Assembly (NCBI GenBank): GCA_902539165.1
Contig: CACBHY010000003.1
Location: forward strand, 70,657-134,656
Direction: 5' to 3'
Origin: an uncultured Pelagibacteraceae bacterium
GTDB lineage: Bacteria > Pseudomonadota > Alphaproteobacteria > Pelagibacterales > Pelagibacteraceae
DNA length: 64,000 bases
In this document: positions 26,609 to 36,454 of the stretch, piece by piece
Position numbering within the stretch: position 1 is the first letter of the stretch
Layout: each line of letters begins with the position of its first letter
The notes under the pieces: model-generated
The model's input: only the letters and a program-made list of their open reading frames with translations
Databases searched by the model: none
What the model was told of the DNA's origin: nothing
Made by a program: the position numbers and the translations under genes

Positions 26609-27883
26609 ATGAGCGCAGAAAATGTTTCATACGATCTAAAAAGGTTTGCTGGCATTAAAAGAGACTATACTGATGAAGAAGTAGAAAGATTAAGAGGCTC
26701 AATTAAAATAGAATATTCTTTATGTAAAAATCAATCCCAAAAACTTTGGAAATTATTAAATACAGAATCATATGTTAATACATTGGGATCATTATCTGGA
26801 AACCAAGCAGTACAACATGCTAAGGCTGGTTTAAAAGCAATTTATCTAAGCGGATGGCAAGTAGCTGCAGACGCAAATTCAGCTGGGGAAATGTATCCAG
26901 ATCAATCTCTATATCCTTATGACAGTGCACCTAAACTTGTTGAGTCTATGAATAATTCATTAATTAGAGCAGACCAAATACAACATATGGAAATGCAAGA
27001 CGGTGATATGCAGGCAAAAGACAGAACTGATTACATGTTACCAATTATAGCTGATGGTGAAGCTGGTTTTGGTGGTCCATTAAACGTATTTGAATTAACT
27101 AAAAAATTTATAAAAGCTGGTGCTGCTGGTGTTCACTTTGAAGATCAATTAGCAAGTGAAAAAAAATGTGGTCATATGGGAGGAAAAGTTTTGGTACCAA
27201 CCGGAACAATGGTCAAAAATTTAAAAGCTGCAAGATTAGCTGCAGACATAGCTGAAGTTCCATTAATTATTCTTGCAAGAACAGATGCTAATGCTGCTAA
27301 ATTAATTACAAATGATTATGATGATAATGACAAAACGTTCTTAACAGGAGAGAGATCCCCTGAAGGATTCTTTTATGTAAAAGACGGAATTGAACAAGCT
27401 ATTTCTAGAGGTCTTGCATATGCGCCTTATGCAGATTTAATCTGGTGTGAAACAGCAACTCCTAATTTAGAAGAAGCTAAAAAATTCGCAGATGCAATAC
27501 ATGAAAAATATCCAGGAAAACTTTTAGCATATAATTGTTCTCCATCATTTAATTGGAAAAAACATTTAAGTGATGAAGAGATTGCTTCATTTCAAGTTGA
27601 GATTGCTAAAATGGGTTATAAATTTCAATTTATTACTCTAGCTGGATTTCATACACAGAATATTGCGATATTTGAGCTTGCTGAAAAATATAAAAACGAA
27701 GGTATGACTGCTTATTCAAGAATTCAACAACAAGAGTTTGCTAGGGAAAAAGATGGCTATACTAGTGTTAAACATCAAAGAGAGGTAGGAACGTCTTATT
27801 TTGATGCAGTATCAAACACTATAAGTAGCGGTCAAAGTTCGACTACTGCAATGACTGGCTCTACAGAATCTGAACAATTTTAA
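26609..27883 (+). CDS. aceA: Isocitrate lyase
   Basis: 424 aa with the ICL signature KKCGHMGGK. Other blocks are [10 protein letters not shown] and the WCET region. Confidence 0.97.
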   Translation: MSAENVSYDLKRFAGIKRDYTDEEVERLRGSIKIEYSLCKNQSQKLWKLLNTESYVNTLGSLSGNQAVQHAKAGLKAIYLSGWQVAADANSAGEMYPDQSLYPYDSAPKLVESMNNSLIRADQIQHMEMQDGDMQAKDRTDYMLPIIADGEAGFGGPLNVFELTKKFIKAGAAGVHFEDQLASEKKCGHMGGKVLVPTGTMVKNLKAARLAADIAEVPLIILARTDANAAKLITNDYDDNDKTFLTGERSPEGFFYVKDGIEQAISRGLAYAPYADLIWCETATPNLEEAKKFADAIHEKYPGKLLAYNCSPSFNWKKHLSDEEIASFQVEIAKMGYKFQFITLAGFHTQNIAIFELAEKYKNEGMTAYSRIQQQEFAREKDGYTSVKHQREVGTSYFDAVSNTISSGQSSTTAMTGSTESEQF

Positions 27884-27907
27884 AAATATACTCCCCTTGA
27901 ATTTTTA

Positions 27908-27934
27908 ATAGCCCTTAATTGGGCTATTTTTTTT
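27908..27934 (+). terminator. Rho-independent terminator after aceA
   Basis: ATAGCCC-TTAATT-GGGCTAT is followed by T8. Confidence 0.85.
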
Positions 27935-27970
27935 GTTTATAAATTATGTTGCTACTGTTAAGGATTTAAA

Positions 27971-29110
27971 ATGAGTAATAAAAATTTTGGATTTGGAACA
28001 CAAATCAGAAAATCTCCATATTTTGACTCTACAGTTAAGTGGGGTGCGACTGGTTTTTCTGTTTATAATCATATGTATATTCCAAGAGATTTTGGAAATC
28101 CTGAGCAGAACTTTTGGAATCTAATAGAAAGAGCAATTCTTTGTGATGTTGCTGTTGAAAGACAGGTAGAAATTACTGGTCCAGATGCATTTAAATTTGT
28201 TCAACTCTTAACACCTAGAGATCTTAGTAAACTTTCAGTAGGTCAGTGTAAATATGTATTGATAACAAATGAGCAAGGTGGAATATTGAATGACCCAGTA
28301 TTATTAAGATTGGCTGAAAATCATTTTTGGCTATCTCTTGCAGACAGTGATGTTTTATTGTGGGCTCAAGGGGTTGCTGTTAATTCAGGTCTTAATGTCA
28401 AGATTACAGAACCTGATGTCTCCCCCTTACAATTACAAGGTCCTAATTCTAAAGAAATAATGATTAAACTATTTGGAGAAAGTATTGAGGATATAAAATA
28501 TTATTGGTTTAAAGAATATGAATTAGATGGAATTCCATTAATAATTTCAAGGACAGGATGGTCAAGTGAGTTTGGTTATGAATTATTCTTAAAAGATGGC
28601 TCTAGAGGAAATGATTTATATGAAAAAATTATGTCTGCAGGCAAGGAACATGGAATTGATGCTGGACACACTTCATCAATAAGAAGAATTGAAGGTGGGA
28701 TGTTATCATACCATGCTGACGCAGATATAAACACTAATCCTTTTGAATTAGGATTTGATAGATTAGTAAGTTTAGATAATGATATTAACTTTATTGGTAA
28801 AGAAGCATTAACAAAAATTAAGAAAAATGGAATAAAAAGAAAACAAGTAGGTTTAATAATCGACTGCAAACCTTTAGAAGGTCCAAACACTACCTTTTGG
28901 CCAATTGAAGATAAAGGAAATAAAATAGGCAAGGTAACATCTGCAGTTTATTCACCAAGACTAAAAAAAAATATTGCTCTTGCAATGGTTAATGTAGAAA
29001 ATTCTGAAATTGGAACAGATTTAGAGGTTTTAACTCATCAAGGCAAATTTTTTGCTAAAATTGTTGAAATACCCTTTTATGATCCAAAGAAAAAAATTGC
29101 TATAAGTTAA
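27971..29110 (+). CDS. GcvT-family aminomethyltransferase, DmdA-like (possible DMSP demethylase)
   Basis: 379 aa. The N-terminal RKSPYF...SVYNHMYIP, DVAVERQVEITGPDA, ILNDPV...WLSLADSD, EPDVSPLQLQGP and ISRTGWSSEFGYE blocks resemble DmdA more than a canonical glycine-cleavage T protein. The family call is strong, but the substrate is not established. Confidence 0.75.
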   Translation: MSNKNFGFGTQIRKSPYFDSTVKWGATGFSVYNHMYIPRDFGNPEQNFWNLIERAILCDVAVERQVEITGPDAFKFVQLLTPRDLSKLSVGQCKYVLITNEQGGILNDPVLLRLAENHFWLSLADSDVLLWAQGVAVNSGLNVKITEPDVSPLQLQGPNSKEIMIKLFGESIEDIKYYWFKEYELDGIPLIISRTGWSSEFGYELFLKDGSRGNDLYEKIMSAGKEHGIDAGHTSSIRRIEGGMLSYHADADINTNPFELGFDRLVSLDNDINFIGKEALTKIKKNGIKRKQVGLIIDCKPLEGPNTTFWPIEDKGNKIGKVTSAVYSPRLKKNIALAMVNVENSEIGTDLEVLTHQGKFFAKIVEIPFYDPKKKIAIS

Positions 29111-29112
29111 AC

Positions 29113-29880
29113 TTAATTTTTAATATTATATCCTTTTTTGAGTAATACAGATACCACAGTAACACATGTCATTAAAAACCCAATCATTGATATAATACTT
29201 ACCCAAACATTGAAATCTGACACACCATAAAATGCAAATCTTAATCCATTAATTAAATAAACAACTGGATTGAAATATGTAACAGTTTGCCAAAATTCAG
29301 GTAGCATTTCTAAAGAATATAAACTTCCACCTAAAAAAACCATTGGTGTTATAACTAATGTTGGTATAATTGACATTTGTTCAAAATTAGAACTCATCAA
29401 ACCTATCAAAAAGCCGAACAATGCAAATGTAAATGCAACTAAGACTAATATAAAAATCATCAACAAGGGGTACATAACTTTTACCTCAACAAAAAATGTT
29501 GCTGTCACAAAAATTACAACCCCAACTATAAGAGTTTTTGTTGCTCCTGCACCAACAAAAGCCAACACTATTTCAAAAGTTGAAATAGGTGCTGCTAAAA
29601 TTTCATACATTGTTCCATTAAATTTAGGAAAAAAAATTCCAAATGAGGTGTTACTTATAGATTGTGTTAATAAGGTAAGCATTAGCAAGCCTGGTACAAT
29701 GAAGGATCCATAACTAATACCATCTATATTTTCCACATATCCACCTATAACCGATCCAAATACTATAAAATAAAGTGAAGTAGATAAAACAGGTGAAAAT
29801 AGTGATTGTAATAAAGTCCTTTTAAATCTGTCCATTTCATGAAAATACATTGCTTTAAAAGCTTGATAATTAAACTTCAT
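29113..29880 (-). CDS. ABC-2 type exporter permease
   Basis: 255 aa with 6 TM spans and ABC-2 family topology. It overlaps its ATPase gene by 11 nt. Confidence 0.85.
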   Translation of the reverse strand: MKFNYQAFKAMYFHEMDRFKRTLLQSLFSPVLSTSLYFIVFGSVIGGYVENIDGISYGSFIVPGLLMLTLLTQSISNTSFGIFFPKFNGTMYEILAAPISTFEIVLAFVGAGATKTLIVGVVIFVTATFFVEVKVMYPLLMIFILVLVAFTFALFGFLIGLMSSNFEQMSIIPTLVITPMVFLGGSLYSLEMLPEFWQTVTYFNPVVYLINGLRFAFYGVSDFNVWVSIISMIGFLMTCVTVVSVLLKKGYNIKN

Positions 29881-30805
29881 TATTTTCCTTAACTAGCTCA
29901 ACAAATATTTTTTCTAATGTTGTTTGCTCTGTCTTTAAATCTTGTAATTTTAATCCTGCATCTTTTATATCTTGAAGTAAGTTTGTAATACCTGTGCTTT
30001 TAGCCTTCACATTATAAGTGTAATTAACTGACATGTTTTCTTTGCCCAACTCTAAATTATATTTACTTAAACTATTTGGTATTTCTAATAATTTGTCCTG
30101 GAGATCAACTTGAAGTTTTTTATGTCCCATTTTTTTTAACAATTCTTTTGTTTCGTCTATTACAATAATTTCACCTTGATTAATTACACCTACTCTATCA
30201 GCTATGGCTTCAGCTTCTTCGATATAGTGTGTTGTTAAAATTATAGTAACTCCAGTTTTTCTCAAATCCTCTACTACTTTCCACATATCCCTTCTTAATT
30301 CTACATCAACTCCTGCAGTTGGTTCGTCTAAAAATAAAATTGAAGGTTCATGAGATAATGCTTTAGCAATCAAAACTCTCCGTTTCATACCTCCAGATAA
30401 TTGTCTTAACCTTAAATCTTTTTTATCCCACATACTCAAATCTTTTAAAATTTTTTCTATATGTTTTGGATCTGGTTTTTTTCCATTAAGTCCTCTTGAA
30501 TATGAAACATTATTAAAAACTGTTTCAAATAATTCTAAAGTTAGTTCTTGTGGGACTAAACCTATTCGAGAACGTGTTTCTCTATAATCATCAATAATAT
30601 CATAACCTTCTACCTCAACTTTTCCAGACGAGGGTGTTACAATTCCACAAATAATGCTAATTAAAGTTGTTTTTCCAGCACCATTTGGTCCGAGCAATGC
30701 TAGAATCTCCCCTTTTTGAATTTCAAGATTAACTTTTTTTAAAGCCTCGAAACCGTTGTCGTAAACTTTAGATAAATTATGGATACTAATTTGATTAGTT
30801 GACAT
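29870..30805 (-). CDS. ABC-2 type exporter ATP-binding protein
   Basis: 311 aa with Walker A (GPNGAGKTT), [15 protein letters not shown] and Walker B ([12 protein letters not shown]). Confidence 0.9.
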   Translation of the reverse strand: MSTNQISIHNLSKVYDNGFEALKKVNLEIQKGEILALLGPNGAGKTTLISIICGIVTPSSGKVEVEGYDIIDDYRETRSRIGLVPQELTLELFETVFNNVSYSRGLNGKKPDPKHIEKILKDLSMWDKKDLRLRQLSGGMKRRVLIAKALSHEPSILFLDEPTAGVDVELRRDMWKVVEDLRKTGVTIILTTHYIEEAEAIADRVGVINQGEIIVIDETKELLKKMGHKKLQVDLQDKLLEIPNSLSKYNLELGKENMSVNYTYNVKAKSTGITNLLQDIKDAGLKLQDLKTEQTTLEKIFVELVKENNEV

Positions 30806-30873
30806 GTAATTTCTGGATATATAGAGACATTTTACTCAATTACAATAAGATTAAATTGTGTAATATTTAAAAT

Positions 30874-31242
30874 ATGAAAAAAGTACTAATCACTTTATTA
30901 TTATTTTGTAGTTTAAATTCAACTTCATTTGGAAAAGGTACAACTTTTACCAATGAAGTATTTAATGACGCTCAAACAAGTGGAAAGACAGTTGTTATTA
31001 ACTCATGGAACAAAACCTGCAGCACATGTGCCAAGCAAGTAATTATATTAGATCAAGCGAAGAAAGACTTTGAGGATGTTGTTTTTCTAAGTTACGAACA
31101 AACTAAAGACAAAGATATAGCTAAACTATTAGATATCGATTACTGGACTACGATTGTTGTTTATAAAAACAACAAAGAAATTTCACGAAGCATTGGTCAA
31201 ACTAATAAAGAAAAAATCTATTCCCAAATTGCTGGGAACTAA
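30874..31242 (+). CDS. Secreted thioredoxin-fold protein (CxxC)
   Basis: 122 aa with a signal peptide and WNKTCSTCAKQ, a CxxC in a thioredoxin-like context. Confidence 0.7.
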   Translation: MKKVLITLLLFCSLNSTSFGKGTTFTNEVFNDAQTSGKTVVINSWNKTCSTCAKQVIILDQAKKDFEDVVFLSYEQTKDKDIAKLLDIDYWTTIVVYKNNKEISRSIGQTNKEKIYSQIAGN

Positions 31243-32690
31243 TAATTTTTTTTCATTTTAATTTTTAATATTGCAGCAGGTAGAAAAGTTGCGATTAGGA
31301 AAGATAAAAATAATAAAGATTGACTAACAAAAGGACTGAATACTTCTGTTGGGACTAACACTCCTACCAATAAACTTTTGGAAAAATCTGGGAAAGGAAA
31401 CATTAAAAATCCTGCAATTAATCCAACTATTATTGAAATAAATGCAGTTTTTTCATTAATCTTCTTATTATAAAAACTATAGAAAACAGTTAAAACAAAA
31501 GCACAACAGAATAAATCAGCTAGTAAAAATAAATACAAGATATCAAATCCTTTTGAAGCAACAAAAAATACAACAATAGAAATTGCGATAATAAAATATT
31601 TAGAAAGTTTTAAATAATCTGTTTTCTTATCAAAATTAAACGTCGCTTTACCATCAACCACAAATAAACTAGATATAGCATTTACTAACGTGTCTACTGT
31701 TGAAATAGTTAACGCTAATCCAAGTACAATTATTAATAATGATAATAATTCAGTCTGATCTTTTAATAATAAAGTAAAAAATCCAAGATCTGGTCTGTTA
31801 GCTGAATCTATAGAAAAAGATACCATCCCTATAAAGCCCATCAAGAATACTATTGGAACAATAATTAAAAAAGAAATAATTAAACTTTTTTTAAGTGTTT
31901 CATAATTTTTAGCTGCATAAACTCTTTGCCAATTACCTTGGTGAAAAAGATTGGTTGCAGCTACAGCAATAAAAAAAGTTAAACCTGCAGTGTAGCTAGG
32001 TATATAGGAAGAACTTAATAATTGAGGGTTTTTGCTCTCTATAAAAGAAAAAGAAAAGCTATCACCACTAAATAATGTAATATATGAAATCGTTATTAAT
32101 AACAAAACTCCAATAACAAACATTTGAATATTGTCTGTAAATATTGAAGCTCTTAAGCCTCCATATAAAGTGTAAGTCAAAGTTGAAATAATCACTATTG
32201 ATGCCGTAATCCATAAATCAGTTCCAGATATATAGTTAATTAGTACAGCTACTGCAGTAACTTCTGCACATAAGAAAATGAACATATAAAAGATCGTCAT
32301 TAGCAGAATTAATTTAAATAAACTTTTGCCAAATCTTTTTCTCATATACTCAATTAAAGATGAGCCTTTAGGAAAGTCTGTTCTTATTTTTTTTCCTAAA
32401 TAAATTAAAAATATCATTGGAAAACCAGTTCCTAGAGCGTAACCAATTACTGCTCCAATTCCACCCCATGTTGATGCAGATGCTGGGCCAAACAAAATCC
32501 AAGCACCTAACGCTGATGCAACTAAACTTGTTGTTAGTGAAAATAAATCAATATTTCTATTTGCTGTTAAATAATTATTAATACCTTGGAATTTTTTTGA
32601 ATGATAAATTCCAAATATTACAAATATTAAACTAATAGTTATTACTAATGTTAGTGATGTTGATTGACTTATAAAGTATATGTTATCCAT
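31239..32690 (-). CDS. thiV: Sodium:solute symporter family transporter under TPP riboswitch control (ThiV-type, putative thiamin-precursor/HMP importer)
   Basis: 483 aa with about 13 TM spans and SSS-family architecture. It lies directly downstream of a THI-box riboswitch, an arrangement described for SAR11 thiV. Confidence 0.75.
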   Translation of the reverse strand: MDNIYFISQSTSLTLVITISLIFVIFGIYHSKKFQGINNYLTANRNIDLFSLTTSLVASALGAWILFGPASASTWGGIGAVIGYALGTGFPMIFLIYLGKKIRTDFPKGSSLIEYMRKRFGKSLFKLILLMTIFYMFIFLCAEVTAVAVLINYISGTDLWITASIVIISTLTYTLYGGLRASIFTDNIQMFVIGVLLLITISYITLFSGDSFSFSFIESKNPQLLSSSYIPSYTAGLTFFIAVAATNLFHQGNWQRVYAAKNYETLKKSLIISFLIIVPIVFLMGFIGMVSFSIDSANRPDLGFFTLLLKDQTELLSLLIIVLGLALTISTVDTLVNAISSLFVVDGKATFNFDKKTDYLKLSKYFIIAISIVVFFVASKGFDILYLFLLADLFCCAFVLTVFYSFYNKKINEKTAFISIIVGLIAGFLMFPFPDFSKSLLVGVLVPTEVFSPFVSQSLLFLSFLIATFLPAAILKIKMKKNY

Positions 32691-32770
32691 TTTCTCCCTT
32701 TCTGAATTACCGGACAGGTTCTTAGGGTATAATCTCAGTCTATAAAGACACCCCTTGAGGAAATATTATT
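32691..32770 (-). promoter_or_regulatory. TPP (THI-box) riboswitch
   Basis: The minus strand reads CCUCAAGGGGUGUCUUUAUAGACUGAGAUUAUACCCUAAGAACCUGUCCGGUAAUUCAGAAAGGGAGAAA-AUG. The conserved blocks GGGGUG, CUGAGA, ACCC, GAACCUG, GGUAAU and AGGGA are all present and in the right order. The GGGAG SD lies in the 3' arm of P1. Confidence 0.85.
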
Positions 32771-32808
32771 CAAATTTTACTTTAAATCAAACAGTAAATG
32801 AAAATTGG

Positions 32809-33099
32809 TTACTTATCTTTATGACTCAGTATTTCAACCATACACTGTGTTGCATAATCTCTCCATTCAGATGAAGTTTTAGTCTTCAGGCTATCTAAAT
32901 GATCTCGATTACTTTGAATATCATCCTTATGTTTTAGTTTATTGGCACCATCTAGATTTGCTTCCATATTAGATAAATTGCTTTCCATGGCTTTAACCCA
33001 ACTTTTCCCAAGTTCAACACATTTTTGGTCGTCTTTTTCATCACAAATTTGCTTAAAAAAATTAAAAATTACATCATCATTCTTAACTGAGCTATCCAT
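32809..33099 (-). CDS. Hypothetical protein (96 aa)
   Basis: An ORF 3 nt downstream of the pentapeptide-repeat gene. It is charged and helical, and I recognise no family. Confidence 0.5.
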   Translation of the reverse strand: MDSSVKNDDVIFNFFKQICDEKDDQKCVELGKSWVKAMESNLSNMEANLDGANKLKHKDDIQSNRDHLDSLKTKTSSEWRDYATQCMVEILSHKDK

Positions 33100-33102
33100 T
33101 AA

Positions 33103-33627
33103 CTACTGATTGCAAGTTCCTATAGACTCAGGTCCACATGTTTGACCATTAGTCCAAGTTGCTCCAATCAAATTAGCTCCGTCGAAATTTGCATTAGTTA
33201 TATTTGATGAGGTTAAGTTGGCTTCCATTAAATTAGAATTTTGAAAATTTGCTTCTATCAAAGTAGCTCCCATAAAATCAACTCTAGTGAGATTAGCACT
33301 GGTGAAATTTGCTTTTTCGAAATTTGCACCGATAGATACTGTTTCATATAAATTGGCTCTAATAAAAGTTGACTCTGGAAATGTTCCAAAAGATAAATTT
33401 GAATTCATCATTATACTTTTATCAAAATTAACTTGTATAAAACTTGCAAAAGATAAATTTGAGTTAGGAAGATAACTGCCTTGTAAATCTTGTGCATCTG
33501 AAAATCTACAATTGGAATAATCGACACCATCTGTTAGTGGATCATCACATGCTGCCTTGGAATGTGAAACGAATAATAAACTTAATACTAGAATTAAAAC
33601 TATCTTTTGCATGATTAAAGTTAACAA
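33103..33627 (-). CDS. Secreted pentapeptide-repeat protein
   Basis: 174 aa with a signal peptide. It contains long runs of A(D/N)LxX pentads (ANFTSANLTRVDFMGATLIEANFQNSNLMEANLTSSNITNANFDGANLIGA). Confidence 0.85.
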   Translation of the reverse strand: MLTLIMQKIVLILVLSLLFVSHSKAACDDPLTDGVDYSNCRFSDAQDLQGSYLPNSNLSFASFIQVNFDKSIMMNSNLSFGTFPESTFIRANLYETVSIGANFEKANFTSANLTRVDFMGATLIEANFQNSNLMEANLTSSNITNANFDGANLIGATWTNGQTCGPESIGTCNQ

Positions 33628-33687
33628 ATAAAATATGACAAAACAATGTATGTTTAAAATTTTAAAGATTTTGTAACAAATACGGAA

Positions 33688-34449
33688 TTAACTTATTCCT
33701 GCATCTATTGTAAAGCTTTGTTTTGTGCACCCTGATGATTGGTCAGAAGATAAAAATAATACTAACCTGGCAACATCTTCTGGTTTTAATTGACGCTTTA
33801 AAGCTTGGCTATCTAATATGAGTTTTTTATATTTGGGTGTTAACCAATTTTTAATTTGTCTTTCTGTTGCTATTGAGCCTGGTATCACAGAATTAGTTCT
33901 TATGTTGAATTTTCCAAACTCTTGTGCAAAAGATCTTGTTAAGCCTATGACAGCTGATTTAGCTGTTTCATAAATAACCTTGTCACCTTCTCCTAATACC
34001 CAAGACACTGAACTAAGGTTTACAATTGAACCAGACTTAATTTTTTTCATACCCTTGACAACTGATTGCGCAGCAAAAAAATAATGCTTTAAGTTAATAC
34101 CCATTCGGTTTTCCCAGTATTTTTCGTCTACCTGTTCAGTCGAGTGTCGATCATCATTCGCAGCACTATTAATTAGGCAATGAATTGGGCCTTTTTTGGA
34201 AATTATATCTTTAATTAAATTTTGTAATTTTTGAATTTCTAAAACATTACATTCAATGAATTTAGGAACTCTAAATCTTTTTTTTTTAATTTTTTCAATT
34301 AATTGTTTTGAGGCTTTAATATTTATATCTATAAAATAAACTTCACTTTGTTGTTCGCAAAAATGCTCTACTATAGTTGCACCAATACCAGATCCGCCTC
34401 CTGAAACAAAAACTCTTTTATTTTTTAAATCAAAATATTTTACTTTCAT
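33688..34449 (-). CDS. SDR-family oxidoreductase
   Basis: 253 aa with GGGSGIG (a variant of TGxxxGIG), NSAA and YxxxK (YETAK). It is the last gene of the sugar ABC operon. Confidence 0.9.
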   Translation of the reverse strand: MKVKYFDLKNKRVFVSGGGSGIGATIVEHFCEQQSEVYFIDINIKASKQLIEKIKKKRFRVPKFIECNVLEIQKLQNLIKDIISKKGPIHCLINSAANDDRHSTEQVDEKYWENRMGINLKHYFFAAQSVVKGMKKIKSGSIVNLSSVSWVLGEGDKVIYETAKSAVIGLTRSFAQEFGKFNIRTNSVIPGSIATERQIKNWLTPKYKKLILDSQALKRQLKPEDVARLVLFLSSDQSSGCTKQSFTIDAGIS

Positions 34450-34451
34450 AA

Positions 34452-35546
34452 TTAGATTCTTTCTTTCGAATTAGCATCAAATAATGAAATTTGAGTTAAG
34501 TCAAAATATAACTTTGTCTCTTTGTTTAATTCAATTTTAAAAGTAGATGGAAATTTTGCTAAGAGTTCTTGATTTGCAAAATTAAAAGTCATTATTTGTT
34601 CGTGACCAATATATTCACTTAAATCAGCTGTTAAATTTACCTCGAAATCATCCTCGTTAGATTTTTTAAAATAAATATGCTCTGGTCTTATTCCAAAAAA
34701 TACCTCTTTATCTTCAAGTTGTGATGCTTTTATAAAATCATAGCTAATAATTGGAATAGCAAAATTTGCTTCATCTGCAGTAAATAAGATTTTGTTTGAT
34801 TTTTGATTTAGTTTTCCTTTAATTAGATTCATTGAAGGAGATCCAATGAAATCTGCTACAAATGTATTGCTTGGTTTATTATAAATTAGTTCTGGTGAGT
34901 TATTTTGTTGAATCACACCATGATTCATAATTGCAATTTTAGTACCAAGACTCATTGCCTCTGTTTGATCATGGGTTACATAAACTACGGTGGTTTTAAG
35001 CTGTTGATGAAGTTTTTTTATCTCCCTTCTCATCTCAACTCTTAATTTTGCATCTAAGTTTGATAACGGTTCATCGAATAAAAATATTCTTGGTTCTCTA
35101 ACTAATGCTCTTCCGATCGCTACACGTTGTCTTTGCCCCCCAGATAATTGTGATGGTTTTCTATCTAATAGGGCATCAACTTGCAAAAATTTAGATACCT
35201 TTTTTAATTGTTCCTCTATTTTTTCCTTTGATACTTTCGCTTGTTTAAGACCAAAAATCATATTTTCACGAACGTTCATGGATGGATACAAAGCATACGA
35301 CTGAAAAACCATCGCAATATTTCTATCTTTTGGCTCTACTTTACTTACATTATAATCATCTATGTAAACATTACCTTCATTGATTGTCTCTAAACCTGCA
35401 ATAATGTTTAATAGGGTTGATTTTCCACAACCTGAAGGACCTAAAAGAACCAGGAAATTTCCTTCATCTATTTCTAAATTAATTTTTTTTAAAACTTCTG
35501 TCGATCCAAAGTTTTTTGACAATTCATCAATTTTTAATGTTTTCAT
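34452..35546 (-). CDS. Sugar ABC transporter ATP-binding protein (MalK/UgpC type)
   Basis: 364 aa with GPSGCGKST, LSGGQRQRVAIGRAL and LFDEPLSNLDA, plus a C-terminal regulatory/TOBE-like domain. Confidence 0.95.
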   Translation of the reverse strand: MKTLKIDELSKNFGSTEVLKKINLEIDEGNFLVLLGPSGCGKSTLLNIIAGLETINEGNVYIDDYNVSKVEPKDRNIAMVFQSYALYPSMNVRENMIFGLKQAKVSKEKIEEQLKKVSKFLQVDALLDRKPSQLSGGQRQRVAIGRALVREPRIFLFDEPLSNLDAKLRVEMRREIKKLHQQLKTTVVYVTHDQTEAMSLGTKIAIMNHGVIQQNNSPELIYNKPSNTFVADFIGSPSMNLIKGKLNQKSNKILFTADEANFAIPIISYDFIKASQLEDKEVFFGIRPEHIYFKKSNEDDFEVNLTADLSEYIGHEQIMTFNFANQELLAKFPSTFKIELNKETKLYFDLTQISLFDANSKERI

Positions 35547-35548
35547 TA

Positions 35549-36454
35549 TTATCCTTTCACTGCGCCTGAAGTTAATCCTCTAATAAAATATTTACCTGCT
35601 AAAACATAGACAATAAGCGTTGGTATACCTGCAATAATTGCGGAAGCCATGTCAACGTTGTATTCCTTAACACTTGTACTAGATAAAACCATATTATTTA
35701 ATGCTACCTGAATGGGAGCAGCTTTACCGAATGAGAATGTAGATCCAAATAAAAAGTCATTCCATATTTGGGTAAATTGCCAAATTACAGTTACTACAAT
35801 TATCGGTGCCGAGATTGGTAATAATATTTTAAAAAATATTTTAAAAAATCCTGCTCCATCAATTCTAGCAGCTTTAACCAATTCTGTAGGTACCGAAACA
35901 TAATAGTTTCTGAAAAATAAAGTTGTAAATGGTATACCGTAAACTGTGTGAACTAATACCAATCCAATAATAGAATTTGATATTCCTAAAGCTCCCAGTG
36001 TTCTAGCCATTGGTAATAAAATTGCTTGAAATGGAATAAAACATCCAAATAATAAAAAAAGAAAAACCCATTGATCTCCTTTAAATCTCCATTTTGTTAA
36101 AACATAACCGGTCATTGCTCCAATAAATGTTGAAAAGAATACTGCTGGTACAACCATCTTAATTGAATTCCAAAAATATGGTCTTAAAAAAGTATCACCA
36201 GCTCCATAGCCTCTACCACCCCATGCTACTAACCAAGAATCAAAATTTAAAGAACTTGGCCAAGTCAACAATGTTCCTTGTCTAATTTCTTCCATTGTTT
36301 TTAATGATGTTACTACCATCACATATAACGGGAAAATAAAATAAGATGCAAAAAGAATTAAAACAAAATACAAAAACCATCTTAAAAATATATTTTTATA
36401 TTTCGATTTTTGTTCCAATTGTTTATAAGAAGAGGTTTGTAAGTTATCTTGCAT
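35549..36454 (-). CDS. Carbohydrate ABC transporter permease
   Basis: 301 aa with 6 TM spans and the EAA loop (KAARIDGAGFFKIFFKILLP). Confidence 0.9.
   Translation of the reverse strand: MQDNLQTSSYKQLEQKSKYKNIFLRWFLYFVLILFASYFIFPLYVMVVTSLKTMEEIRQGTLLTWPSSLNFDSWLVAWGGRGYGAGDTFLRPYFWNSIKMVVPAVFFSTFIGAMTGYVLTKWRFKGDQWVFLFLLFGCFIPFQAILLPMARTLGALGISNSIIGLVLVHTVYGIPFTTLFFRNYYVSVPTELVKAARIDGAGFFKIFFKILLPISAPIIVVTVIWQFTQIWNDFLFGSTFSFGKAAPIQVALNNMVLSSTSVKEYNVDMASAIIAGIPTLIVYVLAGKYFIRGLTSGAVKG

Noticed and set aside
28576-29713. Antisense ORFs opposite the DmdA-like gene (28576-28932) and the ABC-2 permease (29270-29713).
   Set aside because: They are fully nested in strongly supported genes and have no recognisable domains. 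The same reasoning applies to the other nested track ORFs: 1615-1803, 4386-4604, 18775-18996, 20894-21133, 33287-33475, 35380-35583, 35712-35903, 36346-36549, 38838-39143, 40594-40794, 40801-41133, 40985-41182, 41812-42060, 42122-42307, 42554-42988, 48348-48602, 48410-48598, 49523-49804, 50112-50303, 50116-50310, 51931-52359, 52627-52809, 55183-55386, 55414-55698, 56056-56265, 58715-58909, 60442-60669 and 62646-62831.
33103-33627. The pentapeptide-repeat protein read as a Qnr/MfpA-type gyrase-protecting factor.
   Set aside because: It has an N-terminal signal peptide and terminal Cys pairs, which indicate export. A DNA-mimic role in the cytoplasm is therefore unlikely.
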